Virus record (IMG/VR): IMGVR_UViG_3300031539_004800
DNA from: a virus
Length of the DNA stretch: 64,000 bases
Reading direction: 5' to 3' (one strand)
Made by a program: the position numbers and the translations under genes. The notes beneath the pieces were generated by a model that was given only the letters and a program-made list of their open reading frames with translations, did not search any database and was not told where the DNA came from. Each line of letters starts with the position of its first letter. Position 1 is the first letter of the stretch. Of the stretch, positions 49,503 through 58,305 are shown in pieces.

Positions 49503-51074
49503 ATGTTTATAGCAATTTTTTGGTATTTTGTTAAAGTAGCAATATTGGTGGGCGCATCATACGGCATCGCCCAGCTCACCAAAAAAGACCCCAAAGACAT
49601 AAGGTACGACCCGGACACTTTTGATTTTCCGGAAATAAAAGAAGGTGTTAAGTTCCCTATTATAGCCGGCACATGCTGGCAGGAGGCGCCGGTTGTCGCC
49701 TGGTCCGGCGATATACATAACAAATCAATTGGAATCCGGCTTTCCGATACGGACGGTCAATATGTTTATATAAACAGGTATTATTACGGCGCCCATCATA
49801 TTTTGGCACAGGGTTTCTGTGACGGTGTCGTGCAGATCAAGGTCGGCGATCTGGTGGTCTGGCCGGACAGTACGGACAAGACGGTTCTTAACGCCGACGC
49901 CGCGACCTCTGCCCCGATCGACTTGCCGGAATTGTACGGCGGCATAAAAGAGCACAATGCGATGATCATCGGCCAGGGCGGGATTACGGGGACGGTCGAT
50001 TTTCAGTACGGCCTGCCGGCCCAGACGCTCAATAGTTATCTCGAAACCATGCAGGGTGCGAATGTGTCATACAATCGCGGCCTGACCGCGGCGATATTGA
50101 GGCGGGTATATGTAGGCATGTCGACACAGCCCAAGCAGTGGAAGTACCTTGTCAAGAGGACGGCGCACCTGACGAGCGGCGAGGAGCAGTGGTACCCGGC
50201 GAAGGCGACTATTCGCAGTTACGAGATAAATCCCATCCACTGGCTCAGAGAGTGTTATACCGATACCGAGTGGGGGCTTGGATATTCAACGAACGTTTTC
50301 GACGATGATACGCTCAAGGCGGCTGCCGACGCGCTTTACGATGAAGGATTCGGGCTGTGTACGAAATGGGAAGGCGATCAGTCGCTTGAGGACCACGTCA
50401 AGGATATCCTGCGGTATATCAACGCCGTGATTCGCGAGGACCATTCGACCGGTCAGCTCGAAATAAAGCTTATTCGGGACGATTTCGTTATAGATGACCT
50501 TGAAATATTCGACAAAACGGACATTAACACCGTCGAGGATTTTTCGCGAGGCACGATCCACAAAGTTCCCGATGTAACTTATGCGAAATTCTGGAACATG
50601 ATCGACAATTTGCCGGTTTCGATACCGAGCCATGACACGGCCCTGGTCAGTGCGCAGAACGAAATGCTGATTCCGAACAACGTCAGCTACACGGGCGTCG
50701 TCAACGATGATCTGGCCGGGCAATTAGCGGCCCGGGACCAGCACCAGATATCGGCCTTCCCTGCGACTATGAAAATCAAGGGCAAGCGGACAATGTCGCA
50801 CCTGATGAAGGGCGATGTGTTCAAGCTGGCATGGCCGCCGCTGGGCATAGTCTCGGTGGTTGTTCGCGTGATCGCGCCTCATTACGGTACCCTGGCTGAC
50901 GGTGAGGTTTCGTTCGACTGCGCAGAAGACATATTCGGCATGAAGGATTCTCTGTACGGTGTGCCGCCGGCGACAGGGTGGGACGATACGGTGGACGATC
51001 CCGAATATGACGATGAGTATCTTGTTGCGAAGGTGGCTTTGAGCGGGGTCGATCCGACAGTGGTTATAACTTGA
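49503..51074 (+). CDS. Tail tip/central tail protein
   Basis: FPIIAGT, INPIHWLRECYTDTEWGLG, G.LEIKLIRDD, L..GDVFKL. Confidence 0.82.
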   Translation: MFIAIFWYFVKVAILVGASYGIAQLTKKDPKDIRYDPDTFDFPEIKEGVKFPIIAGTCWQEAPVVAWSGDIHNKSIGIRLSDTDGQYVYINRYYYGAHHILAQGFCDGVVQIKVGDLVVWPDSTDKTVLNADAATSAPIDLPELYGGIKEHNAMIIGQGGITGTVDFQYGLPAQTLNSYLETMQGANVSYNRGLTAAILRRVYVGMSTQPKQWKYLVKRTAHLTSGEEQWYPAKATIRSYEINPIHWLRECYTDTEWGLGYSTNVFDDDTLKAAADALYDEGFGLCTKWEGDQSLEDHVKDILRYINAVIREDHSTGQLEIKLIRDDFVIDDLEIFDKTDINTVEDFSRGTIHKVPDVTYAKFWNMIDNLPVSIPSHDTALVSAQNEMLIPNNVSYTGVVNDDLAGQLAARDQHQISAFPATMKIKGKRTMSHLMKGDVFKLAWPPLGIVSVVVRVIAPHYGTLADGEVSFDCAEDIFGMKDSLYGVPPATGWDDTVDDPEYDDEYLVAKVALSGVDPTVVIT

Positions 51075-51088
51075 CAGGGAGGTTTATT

Positions 51089-51544
51089 ATGATTTGGACA
51101 AACAGAGGTAAGTTTTTGCTGCTGGCTTGGGCGTTTCCCAGAGTTGCAATGCCTACTAATCTTTATGTGGCTTTGGTAACTGCCGCGGTTGCTCCAACGG
51201 TTAAAACAAATACACTAGGCGAGCTTACGGAAATCGCCGTCGGCAACGGATACACAACGGGCGGATACCAATTAACGCCGAATGATACCGACTTCGACAC
51301 AATGACTGAGGATGATACCGGCGATAAGGCTTTGTGCCAGCTAAAAGACCTTGCCTGGACGGCATCGGGTGGGCCGATACCGGATTCCGGCGATGGAGCG
51401 AGGTACGCAATATTGACCGATGACAACGGAACGATTGCGAACCGGCAGGTAATAGCCGTGTGGGATCTTGTAACGGACAGATCGTGTACTGATACCCATT
51501 CGATTACCCTTGAAGATTGCGAGCTGCAGGCTGTTGAACCATAA
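51089..51544 (+). CDS. Virion structural protein
   Basis: LYVALVT, EIAVGNGYTTGG; GGAGG RBS. Confidence 0.65.
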   Translation: MIWTNRGKFLLLAWAFPRVAMPTNLYVALVTAAVAPTVKTNTLGELTEIAVGNGYTTGGYQLTPNDTDFDTMTEDDTGDKALCQLKDLAWTASGGPIPDSGDGARYAILTDDNGTIANRQVIAVWDLVTDRSCTDTHSITLEDCELQAVEP

Positions 51545-51591
51545 TTTTCAGCAGGCAATCCTGGCTTCTCAAACCTTAAAATTCCTTTCTA

Positions 51592-51635
51592 TCCGGTGGG
51601 GGCGGGCAGTTTGAGGCGCTGTCCGCCCTCCACAC
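51592..51635. terminator. Hairpin between convergent genes
   Basis: GGGGGCGGGCAG...CTGTCCGCCCTCC. Confidence 0.55.
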
Positions 51636-51707
51636 CTACCTTCGGCCGAGATCGCCCAGCCAGGAGGCTGCTGCGTGCTTAGGATTTGATTCTGGCGCGT
51701 GGTTCAG

Positions 51708-52163
51708 CTACTTTTGTTCACCTTCGATTATAGGTATGCGAACGAAGTTGCCTGCTGCGTCCCTGCGGCTCGTGTCCACGCGGTACCCGACGATTTTCTT
51801 TCCCCGCTCGGATGGATCCAAAGCATAGCAGTTGCGCTCGGCAGCAAGCACTTTGAGGCGATCAAGCCGGCGCTGGTAAGCATCGTATTCGATCTTCTCG
51901 GCATCCTTGAAGTCCATAAAGAAAAATGGGAATAGCACCAAGACCCCGCCGATTGCCCACAATGTGTTGGTGCCGAACTTGTTGGTCTGGGGCTTGAGCG
52001 CCGCCATCTCTTTTTCGCAGTTGGCAATTTCGGCCATGAGGGCCTGGCAATTCCTGTTTTCATCGCCCGGCATGTAGGTAGATATCGGATTCGGCTCTCT
52101 GCCGGCACAGCCTGCAAAGAGAATTGTAAAGCACAATAGTAAATTCAGGGCTCTCACTTTCAT
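51708..52163 (-). CDS. Lipoprotein (moron)
   Basis: LLLCFTILFAGC lipobox, GGAGG RBS, internal TM. Confidence 0.75.
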   Translation of the reverse strand: MKVRALNLLLCFTILFAGCAGREPNPISTYMPGDENRNCQALMAEIANCEKEMAALKPQTNKFGTNTLWAIGGVLVLFPFFFMDFKDAEKIEYDAYQRRLDRLKVLAAERNCYALDPSERGKKIVGYRVDTSRRDAAGNFVRIPIIEGEQK

Positions 52164-52178
52164 TCTAACCTCCTTTGA

Positions 52179-52403
52179 TTATTGGGTTTGACCCGTTCTG
52201 ATTTTATCCTTTAACTTTTCAAGCTCTTCGGCGGGGCCGGTTATCTTGCGAATCTCTTTTTGTAAGCTCACTATTGCATCCACGATCGCGGCGCCCGAGA
52301 AAAGTATCGCAAATATAACAAAGCCGTTCGGTCCTGAAATCAAATAAGTGGCGGCGCCTCCAAGAAAAGCCAGGGCTGCCAAGAGAAACAGTATCCATCG
52401 CAT
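52179..52403 (-). CDS. Small two-TM membrane protein (moron)
   Basis: Two hydrophobic helices; GGAGG RBS. Confidence 0.65.
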   Translation of the reverse strand: MRWILFLLAALAFLGGAATYLISGPNGFVIFAILFSGAAIVDAIVSLQKEIRKITGPAEELEKLKDKIRTGQTQ

Positions 52404-52662
52404 TTTTAAATCCTCCGAAGATATTAACTGTCAGCCTAACAAGGCTCAACATTACACGCAGGTTGAAATTATCTATTCATGGAACAAAAGCCGTCATTAA
52501 ATGTCAATGGAAATCCGTCCAAAAAATCACAAATCGGCCCTGGGAGCTTGGAAACGCAGATAATTCTTTGTTTCAGGTCAATATTTTTTCGTTCATAACT
52601 ATCTATAATCAAAAGTCTTAGGGCGTAGAGATAAATATTTATGAATAATTCATATTATTTTA

Positions 52663-52691
52663 TTGACATATCATAATCTCATGCGTATAAT
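52663..52691 (+). promoter_or_regulatory. Perfect consensus sigma70 promoter
   Basis: TTGACA-17-TATAAT. Confidence 0.85.
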
Positions 52692-52729
52692 ATAATAATA
52701 AAAGTTAATCATTTTTTCAGGGTAGCTAA

Positions 52730-52864
52730 AATGGAAACTTTAATCTTCGTAACTTTGGTAAGCGTCTATGTGTTAGCGATTTACACACGCAAGCCAAAGA
52801 CCAATCGTCAAATCGAATGGCTGAAAAAACCAATAACAGCCGAAGGCCGGCTGATTCTCAATTA
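52730..52864 (+). CDS. Small membrane peptide
   Basis: 44 aa with N-terminal TM; first ORF after the promoter. Confidence 0.4.
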
Positions 52865-53116
52865 AAAGTTTTACCTTTGACAAGTTCATAATATGCAGGG
52901 CAGCAAAGTTGGCAATGTCCTGAGAGTTTGAGGTCGGCGGTCAGCAGTCGCCGGGAGCGGGGTAGCCGCTCAGCCGAAGTGATTCTTAAAAAAATCACAG
53001 CCACGAAATCTGGTTGATACGAATTAGGGACTCTCGATGCGGGCAGGCCACGCTTGAGCCTGTGGACGATAGAGGGTCGGTCAGTGACGGTCAAGCGGTA
53101 ATCGAATAGACGTTTT

Positions 53117-53175
53117 GCTCTGGTGATTTGGACGTCACGTTGTTTGTGAAGGCCGGTTCGAGTCCGGTACGGAGC
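53117..53175 (+). ncRNA. Anticodon-less tRNA-like RNA 1
   Basis: GCTCTG/CGGAGC acceptor stem, GTGA/TCAC D-like arm with GG, T-arm GCCGG-TTCGAGT-CCGGT. Confidence 0.55.
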
Positions 53176-53373
53176 TTTATAGTGGCAAGTAAATAAAACC
53201 TAATTTTGAAAGGAGAATTGAAATGAAAAAACTCATTCTCAAAATTAAATTGTGGAGATTGCGGCGTTATATGACCCGCACACAAAGTGACCTCAAGGTT
53301 GACACCTATGATTTGGTGCAACAGGCCAACAAAATCCGTTCTCAAATTATCCGTCTTTCCCAATAAGACTGGC

Positions 53374-53423
53374 TGCTCTGTTGAATTTGGGTGTCACGCG
53401 GGGTTCGATTCCCTGCCGGAGCA
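53374..53423 (+). ncRNA. Anticodon-less tRNA-like RNA 2
   Basis: TGCTCTG/CGGAGCA acceptor stem, TGA/TCA D-like arm with GG, T-arm CGGGG-TTCGATT-CCCTG. Confidence 0.55.
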
Positions 53424-53425
53424 TT

Positions 53426-53500
53426 TCCCTGATAGCTTAACGGATAGAGCGCTCTGTTTAGAAGCAGAGAGGATGGCGGGTTCGACTCCCGTTCGGGGCA
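53426..53500 (+). tRNA. tRNA or pseudo-tRNA with Arg-like body and abnormal 8-nt anticodon loop (TTTAGAAG)
   Basis: Full cloverleaf: GCTT-AACGGATA-GAGC D arm, CTCTG/CAGAG anticodon stem, GCGGG-TTCGACT-CCCGT T arm; 1:72 mismatch; no CCA. Confidence 0.65.
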
Positions 53501-53533
53501 TTGAGCAATTGTGCTCATTGAAAGGGTAGCAAG

Positions 53534-53968
53534 ATGTTAGATATGTATGATTGGCCGAGCAAAGAGGAAGTGCGGAAAATTGTCTCGCAGATGACGTGGA
53601 CAAAACAGGATAAGCAAAAAAAAGACGATCTTGATGATGACGGACAAGGCGTTTTTGTTGAAAGCTGTTATAGCCCGATTCAAACTTGGGGCGCTACCGA
53701 TTATGAGGATCATCGAAAAGACAGTCTCGCCGTTCTGCGAAAACTTATCAAGGCCAAACTTCTTGGCGAGAATGGTAAGGGTCAAAACGTTTATGGCCTT
53801 TCGCAGCGGGGTCACTTCTACGATTCGGAAGGCAATCCGGTAAGGACGATTGTTGTTCGCGGGTACTACGGCGGATATACAGGCAGGTTCGTTTATCCAT
53901 CAGGGACAACGGCTTTTAACCGAAAGGCAAACAATCCAGAATCTCAAATCAAGAAAGGGGTAGCATAA
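53534..53968 (+). CDS. Hypothetical protein
   Basis: AAAGGG RBS. Confidence 0.6.
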   Translation: MLDMYDWPSKEEVRKIVSQMTWTKQDKQKKDDLDDDGQGVFVESCYSPIQTWGATDYEDHRKDSLAVLRKLIKAKLLGENGKGQNVYGLSQRGHFYDSEGNPVRTIVVRGYYGGYTGRFVYPSGTTAFNRKANNPESQIKKGVA

Positions 53969-54345
53969 TGGCAAAGTGGAGTTACGAAGCAATCAGAACA
54001 AAAGAAGGCGTAAAGGCTTTTGTGGTCGTGCAGAACGGCAGTGATGTCACGAATAGACACCCTCTGCCTCATATCGCAAAGCACTCGGTTAGCGGCTTTA
54101 GTTTTGGTCGCGGCTGTGCCGGTTCCGGAGATCTGGCTTTCTCAATTCTCGTTCACTGGTTTATGAGCTATAAGTATTCGCACGAAGAGGCCAGGGCCGA
54201 GGCAGAAAAGCATTACAGGCGTTTCATGTCAACGTTCATTGTAGTGGAGAGCAAGCATATCAGCATATCCGATCAGGTTATCGAAGAATGGTGGGTTGAG
54301 CAGGAAGAAGCAAGAGAGAAGGCTTTGGAAGGAGCAAGGCCATGA
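53968..54345 (+). CDS. Hypothetical protein (DUF6166-like)
   Basis: HS.SGFSFG.G..GSGDLAFSIL motif. Confidence 0.6.
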   Translation: MAKWSYEAIRTKEGVKAFVVVQNGSDVTNRHPLPHIAKHSVSGFSFGRGCAGSGDLAFSILVHWFMSYKYSHEEARAEAEKHYRRFMSTFIVVESKHISISDQVIEEWWVEQEEAREKALEGARP

Positions 54346-54536
54346 AAGATGATAAAATATTGTGCGATAACTGCGAAAACTACGAGGTTCATCCGTCCGG
54401 CGTTTCTCAAATATGTCACGCCCAAAAACAAGGCAGTGTGGTTATTGCGTGGTTAACTGATTATTACAGAGATCGGCGTTTCGATGGTATAGCCGAATCA
54501 TGCAAAGGGTTTTACCCAATAAGGAGAAAACTATGA
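54342..54536 (+). CDS. Hypothetical Cys-containing protein
   Basis: ATGA coupling at both ends. Confidence 0.5.
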   Translation: MKDDKILCDNCENYEVHPSGVSQICHAQKQGSVVIAWLTDYYRDRRFDGIAESCKGFYPIRRKL

Positions 54537-55201
54537 AACTCTTAACGCAGGAAATCAAAAAGACGTTGCCGCCCATACGCGGTCAGGAGCATCTTGGCGA
54601 GGATGCTGTAATTTACGTCAAGTTCTTCACGCCGGATTCGAGCTGGACATGGTACGTCACGGAAGGCCAGCCATGTATCGACGAAGATGGCAAGGAAATC
54701 GACTTTGAATTCTTCGGTCTGGTCGATGGTCACTGTCAGGAGCTCGGCTACTTTGTCTTGTCCGAGCTTGAGAGTGCAACGGGACCGATGGGGCTGCATA
54801 TCGAACGGGATATGTGGTGGAAGCCTTTGACGGTCCGGGAAATCAAAAGGTCAATCGAAGGCTTGCCGCCCGAACCGGACAGTCTTGATCCTGGGTATCC
54901 TCTGGAGTACGAGCCGGCCGAACCTTCGGAAGCCGAGACGATTGAGGCTGTCAGGGATTTGGTTCGGACGCTCAATGGCCGGGAAGCCGAAGTTATTGCC
55001 GAGAACGGCGAGAAGGTCATGCTGAGGATCGGCGAGACGACAAAAGATACTGCCAAGTACGGTTCGTTCCTTGTGCCGGGCTGGTGTGATTGTGAAAAAA
55101 GCAAATTCCTCTGCTACCCTGAGGACGGCGCATGTCACTGTGGCATCCACAAGCACCATGTGCATTGCGCCAATTGCGGCGGTGTGAGTCAGGCCGGCTG
55201 A
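54533..55201 (+). CDS. DUF2958 family protein with Cys/His-rich C-terminus
   Basis: VKFFTPDSSWTWYVTE, FFGLVDG..QELGYFVLSELES..GP.GL.IERD.WW. Confidence 0.85.
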   Translation: MKLLTQEIKKTLPPIRGQEHLGEDAVIYVKFFTPDSSWTWYVTEGQPCIDEDGKEIDFEFFGLVDGHCQELGYFVLSELESATGPMGLHIERDMWWKPLTVREIKRSIEGLPPEPDSLDPGYPLEYEPAEPSEAETIEAVRDLVRTLNGREAEVIAENGEKVMLRIGETTKDTAKYGSFLVPGWCDCEKSKFLCYPEDGACHCGIHKHHVHCANCGGVSQAG

Positions 55202-55294
55202 TTGTCCGGCTTGAAAGGGCGGGCGCAAATCCCGCCCACCGCCTTAGCCTCCGCAGGTGAGGCCAAAGAGAACGCCTGTAAAAAGGAGAATATC

Positions 55295-55471
55295 ATGTCA
55301 GAACAAAAAGCAAAGCTCAAAGAAGTAAAGCAGTGCAAGCATTCGGTTCGCTATGACGATCCGTCAAAAGAGCCGAAGGTGGTCAGTTCGATTTATTTGC
55401 TCAGGCCGGCTTATGAGGCCCTGGGCAGTCCGAAGGAAATCGAGGTCGAGGTAAAGGGCGTCAAGGCGTAA
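55295..55471 (+). CDS. Hypothetical small protein
   Basis: AAGGAG RBS; MSEQKAK start. Confidence 0.55.
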   Translation: MSEQKAKLKEVKQCKHSVRYDDPSKEPKVVSSIYLLRPAYEALGSPKEIEVEVKGVKA

Positions 55472-55527
55472 AAGCTTGAGGAATCGGGGGCAATCGTAAA
55501 ATTATAGCTCAGAAAGGAGCAAGTCAA

Positions 55528-56556
55528 ATGGCACACGAATTAGAAATCAAAGAAAACGGCGAGGCCCGCATGTTCTATGCTGGCAAAGCGCCGTGGCATA
55601 AGCTCGGCATCATGGTCGATAAGGAAGTGACGGCGGCTGCCGCTATCAAGCTGGCGGGCCTTGATTGGATTGTCGAGAAAAGACCGCTGTTCGCCCAGAC
55701 AATCGAGAAGGATGCTATCGGATACAGCGAGATCGACACGCACAAGGCGGTCGTAAGAGCAGAGGATAATAAGGTGCTCGGGGTCGTAACAGATGCGTAT
55801 GAGCCTATACAAAATGAGGATATGTTTCAGTTTATGGAAGCGCTGGTCGGTGACAATGTTACGATGTTTCATTGCGCCGGCAGTCTGTTCGGCGGCAAGC
55901 GAGTTTTCATAACTTGCAAAATGCCAAAGGGTATCGATGTAGGCCCGGACAAGGTGGATATGTATCTTGTCGGCTGTTCTTCGCATGACAGCAGTATGCA
56001 GTTTCATATAAAGTGGACGCCGATCAGGGTGGTCTGCTGGAATACGGTTTCGGCCGCGTTCCAGATTTACGGCGGTCGCGTCAGGGCAACCGACACTATG
56101 AGCATACTGCATCGGGGCGGCTGGAAGAACAAGCTGCAGGAAGCAAAAAAAGTGCTTGAGCTTTCCGATGCTTATCATAAACAGGCAAGCGATACGTTCA
56201 ACGCACTGCTGAAAAAACCGATGATTACGAAAGAGTTCAAGTATTTTTCAAGGCAGATGTGGCCCGACGAAAAAAAGGACGATGGCACGCTTATCGACCG
56301 CAGCAAGGTCAGGGATGAAATAGCTGTGCTGTTTGGCCATGGAGTCGGAAACGACGTCAAGGGTGTCAGGGGTACAAGGTGGGCTGCCCTTAACAGCGTC
56401 ACTGAGTATATCGACCATCACCGGAATTATGGAAAAGGCAAGTACGGCGGCCCCGAGGATAACAGAATGAATAGCGTGGTCTGGGGCGGCGGGGCTCAGG
56501 TCAAAAAACAGGCGTTGGAATTACTAACGACAACGGCAAAGTTTACGGCAAAATAA
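55528..56556 (+). CDS. DUF932 family protein (phage/plasmid-like, TIGR03299)
   Basis: MAHELE, MFYAGKAPWHKLG, AGSLFGGKRVF, RVVCWNT, GTRWAALNSVTEYIDH. Confidence 0.9.
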   Translation: MAHELEIKENGEARMFYAGKAPWHKLGIMVDKEVTAAAAIKLAGLDWIVEKRPLFAQTIEKDAIGYSEIDTHKAVVRAEDNKVLGVVTDAYEPIQNEDMFQFMEALVGDNVTMFHCAGSLFGGKRVFITCKMPKGIDVGPDKVDMYLVGCSSHDSSMQFHIKWTPIRVVCWNTVSAAFQIYGGRVRATDTMSILHRGGWKNKLQEAKKVLELSDAYHKQASDTFNALLKKPMITKEFKYFSRQMWPDEKKDDGTLIDRSKVRDEIAVLFGHGVGNDVKGVRGTRWAALNSVTEYIDHHRNYGKGKYGGPEDNRMNSVVWGGGAQVKKQALELLTTTAKFTAK

Positions 56557-56578
56557 TCGTGGGCGTATAATGTTGTGA

Positions 56579-56607
56579 GGGCGGGGCAATAAAGCCCCGC
56601 TCTTTTA
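56579..56607 (+). terminator. Intrinsic terminator
   Basis: GGCGGGGC-AATAAA-GCCCCGCT-CTTTT. Confidence 0.75.
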
Positions 56608-56734
56608 TTCAAGCCGTAAAATGCCAAACGTGAAGCTACTATCCTATACCCGTCATAATTTTGAAGTCTTAAAAAGCTTCCTACGAGCGCAATTATATCA
56701 ATATTCAATTTAACTAATTGAAAGGGGTAGCAGA

Positions 56735-56938
56735 ATGGCAAACGGAAATATGTTATTGAACAAGGCACACGTGCGGCAATACATAATGCGAAGGCAGGCG
56801 GAGATCCGCCCTGGGTAGAGTTTCGATTATGTGGCGGCACAGGTTTACGATGATCTTAACGAGAGAGTTCGTCATTGCATAGACGGCGCTCTTCGCAAGC
56901 ATCCGAGTAAGGGCAAAACGTTCACGCAGGTAATGTGA
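56735..56938 (+). pseudogene. Small ORF broken by an in-frame TAG (possible histone-fold-like protein)
   Basis: AAAGGGG RBS; MANGNMLLNKAHVRQYIMRRQAEIRPG*SFDYVAAQVYDDLNERVRHCIDGALRKHPSKGKTFTQVM. Confidence 0.5.
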
Positions 56939-56947
56939 GGTAGAATC

Positions 56948-57100
56948 ATGGAAAAAGTAGATGTAATTTCAAGCGGCTACGAGTGGGTTTGTCCTTATTG
57001 CGAAACCCTTAACCTGGAAATCGAGTACAAAGATAAATACTTTTGCGGCGAATGCGGGCAGCAGGTCGAGGCTAATCTGCCGGAGCACGCGCTTGGATAA
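56948..57100 (+). CDS. Small zinc-ribbon protein
   Basis: CPYC...CGEC; GAGG RBS. Confidence 0.55.
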   Translation: MEKVDVISSGYEWVCPYCETLNLEIEYKDKYFCGECGQQVEANLPEHALG

Positions 57101-57115
57101 AGGAGAAATATCTCA

Positions 57116-57232
57116 ATGAAGCTCTTTGAAAAATACAGGCCCGAAACTCTTGAAGATGTTAAGGGCCAGGATTTGGCGGTCAGGCAGATCCGGCAGGTGC
57201 TCGAGCGCGGTTGGGGCGGCCGGGCCTGGTAA
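57116..57232 (+). pseudogene. Truncated clamp-loader/RarA-type AAA+ N-terminus
   Basis: MKLFEKYRPETLEDVKGQDLAV...GGRAW stops before Walker A. Confidence 0.7.
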
Positions 57233-57247
57233 GGAGGAACTCTAATT

Positions 57248-57733
57248 ATGGATAGAAAAAAAACAGCCCCACGCGAAACGAAGTTTTGCCTGATTTGCAG
57301 AACAAGATTTACCGAAAGAGTTAGTCGTAAACGTAAATACTGTTCACTCAGTTGTTTCTACCGAGCAAATCAATTACTGTATGCGTCGCGTCGAAAACAT
57401 TCAAAATGCGAATTTTGCGGCAAAATCTATGAACACTGTCCAAGTATAAAGCTGAGATTCTGTGGAATAAAATGTGCCAACACATTCAAGTCAAGAGCCT
57501 CTGCGAAGCTGAGAGGCAAACGTTTGCGAGGTATTCCGCGGGGGAAAGGCAACGGTTACATTAAAGAAAACGGACAGCATCAGCACCGCTTGGTTATGGA
57601 GAGACATTTAAAACGAAAATTGCGGCCAGGTGAGATTGTCCATCATATCGACGGTGACAATCATAACAACGATGTAAGCAATTTGAAGGTTATGACGCAG
57701 GGCGAACATGCGAAATTGCATCATACAAAATAA
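57248..57733 (+). CDS. HNH homing endonuclease with N-terminal Cys repeats
   Basis: HRLVMERHLKRKLRPGEIVHHIDGDNHNNDVSNL; YCSLSC and FCGIKC repeats. Confidence 0.88.
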   Translation: MDRKKTAPRETKFCLICRTRFTERVSRKRKYCSLSCFYRANQLLYASRRKHSKCEFCGKIYEHCPSIKLRFCGIKCANTFKSRASAKLRGKRLRGIPRGKGNGYIKENGQHQHRLVMERHLKRKLRPGEIVHHIDGDNHNNDVSNLKVMTQGEHAKLHHTK

Positions 57734-57765
57734 ATGTTAATGAAGATTGAAGCGGGAGAAATGTT

Positions 57766-58131
57766 ATGAAATACAAAGTTTGGATAAGCGTTGAGGAAAT
57801 CGACGAGGAAACAGACCATTACGGAGATGTTTGCGAGCCGGATTGGCTTGCGGAATTTGATACTGAGGCCGAAGCCGTAAGCTACCGTGACAAGGTACGC
57901 GACAATGCGGCATGGTTTTCGGTCGAGTCGAACAAGGACAAAACGATTGAGATGCTTATCGAGTTGCTTAGCGTGTCAACCGATGAGCTGGCAAAATTCT
58001 CAAGGCGGCTCAAGGCTATGTCGAGAAGCGCCGGCAGGCAGGTACTTGAAAACCTGACAAGAATAGCAACGTACCAGAAAGGCGAAAATGATGGAAAAGA
58101 ACAAAAAGACAGTGACGATCAAAGTGCGTAG
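57766..58131 (+). CDS. Hypothetical protein
   Basis: GGGAG RBS. Confidence 0.55.
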   Translation: MKYKVWISVEEIDEETDHYGDVCEPDWLAEFDTEAEAVSYRDKVRDNAAWFSVESNKDKTIEMLIELLSVSTDELAKFSRRLKAMSRSAGRQVLENLTRIATYQKGENDGKEQKDSDDQSA

Positions 58132-58264
58132 CTCTACGCATGAGAAGGCCCTGCTTGCCCAGGCACATTTGATCGGCAAGCGAAAAGAGCGTATCAGCCT
58201 GACGCAGGTTTATGAGGAATTGATTGACGCCGCGGTCAAGCTGTTGGGGCTTGACAAGAGTTAA
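58088..58264 (+). CDS. Small RHH-like DNA-binding protein
   Basis: KTVTIKVRSSTHEKA...SLTQVYEELI strand-helix-helix pattern. Confidence 0.45.
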   Translation: MMEKNKKTVTIKVRSSTHEKALLAQAHLIGKRKERISLTQVYEELIDAAVKLLGLDKS

Positions 58265-58305
58265 GGTGAAGGATATAATCATAACGCGTTGAAAGGGGCT
58301 TGAAA

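Noticed and set aside
56816-56818. Genome-wide TAG recoding
   Set aside because: TAG properly ends several genes (1277, 12598, 13562), and no CUA-anticodon tRNA is seen.
57232-57770. Group I intron carrying the HNH
   Set aside because: No downstream exon with Walker A/B and no recognisable intron core.
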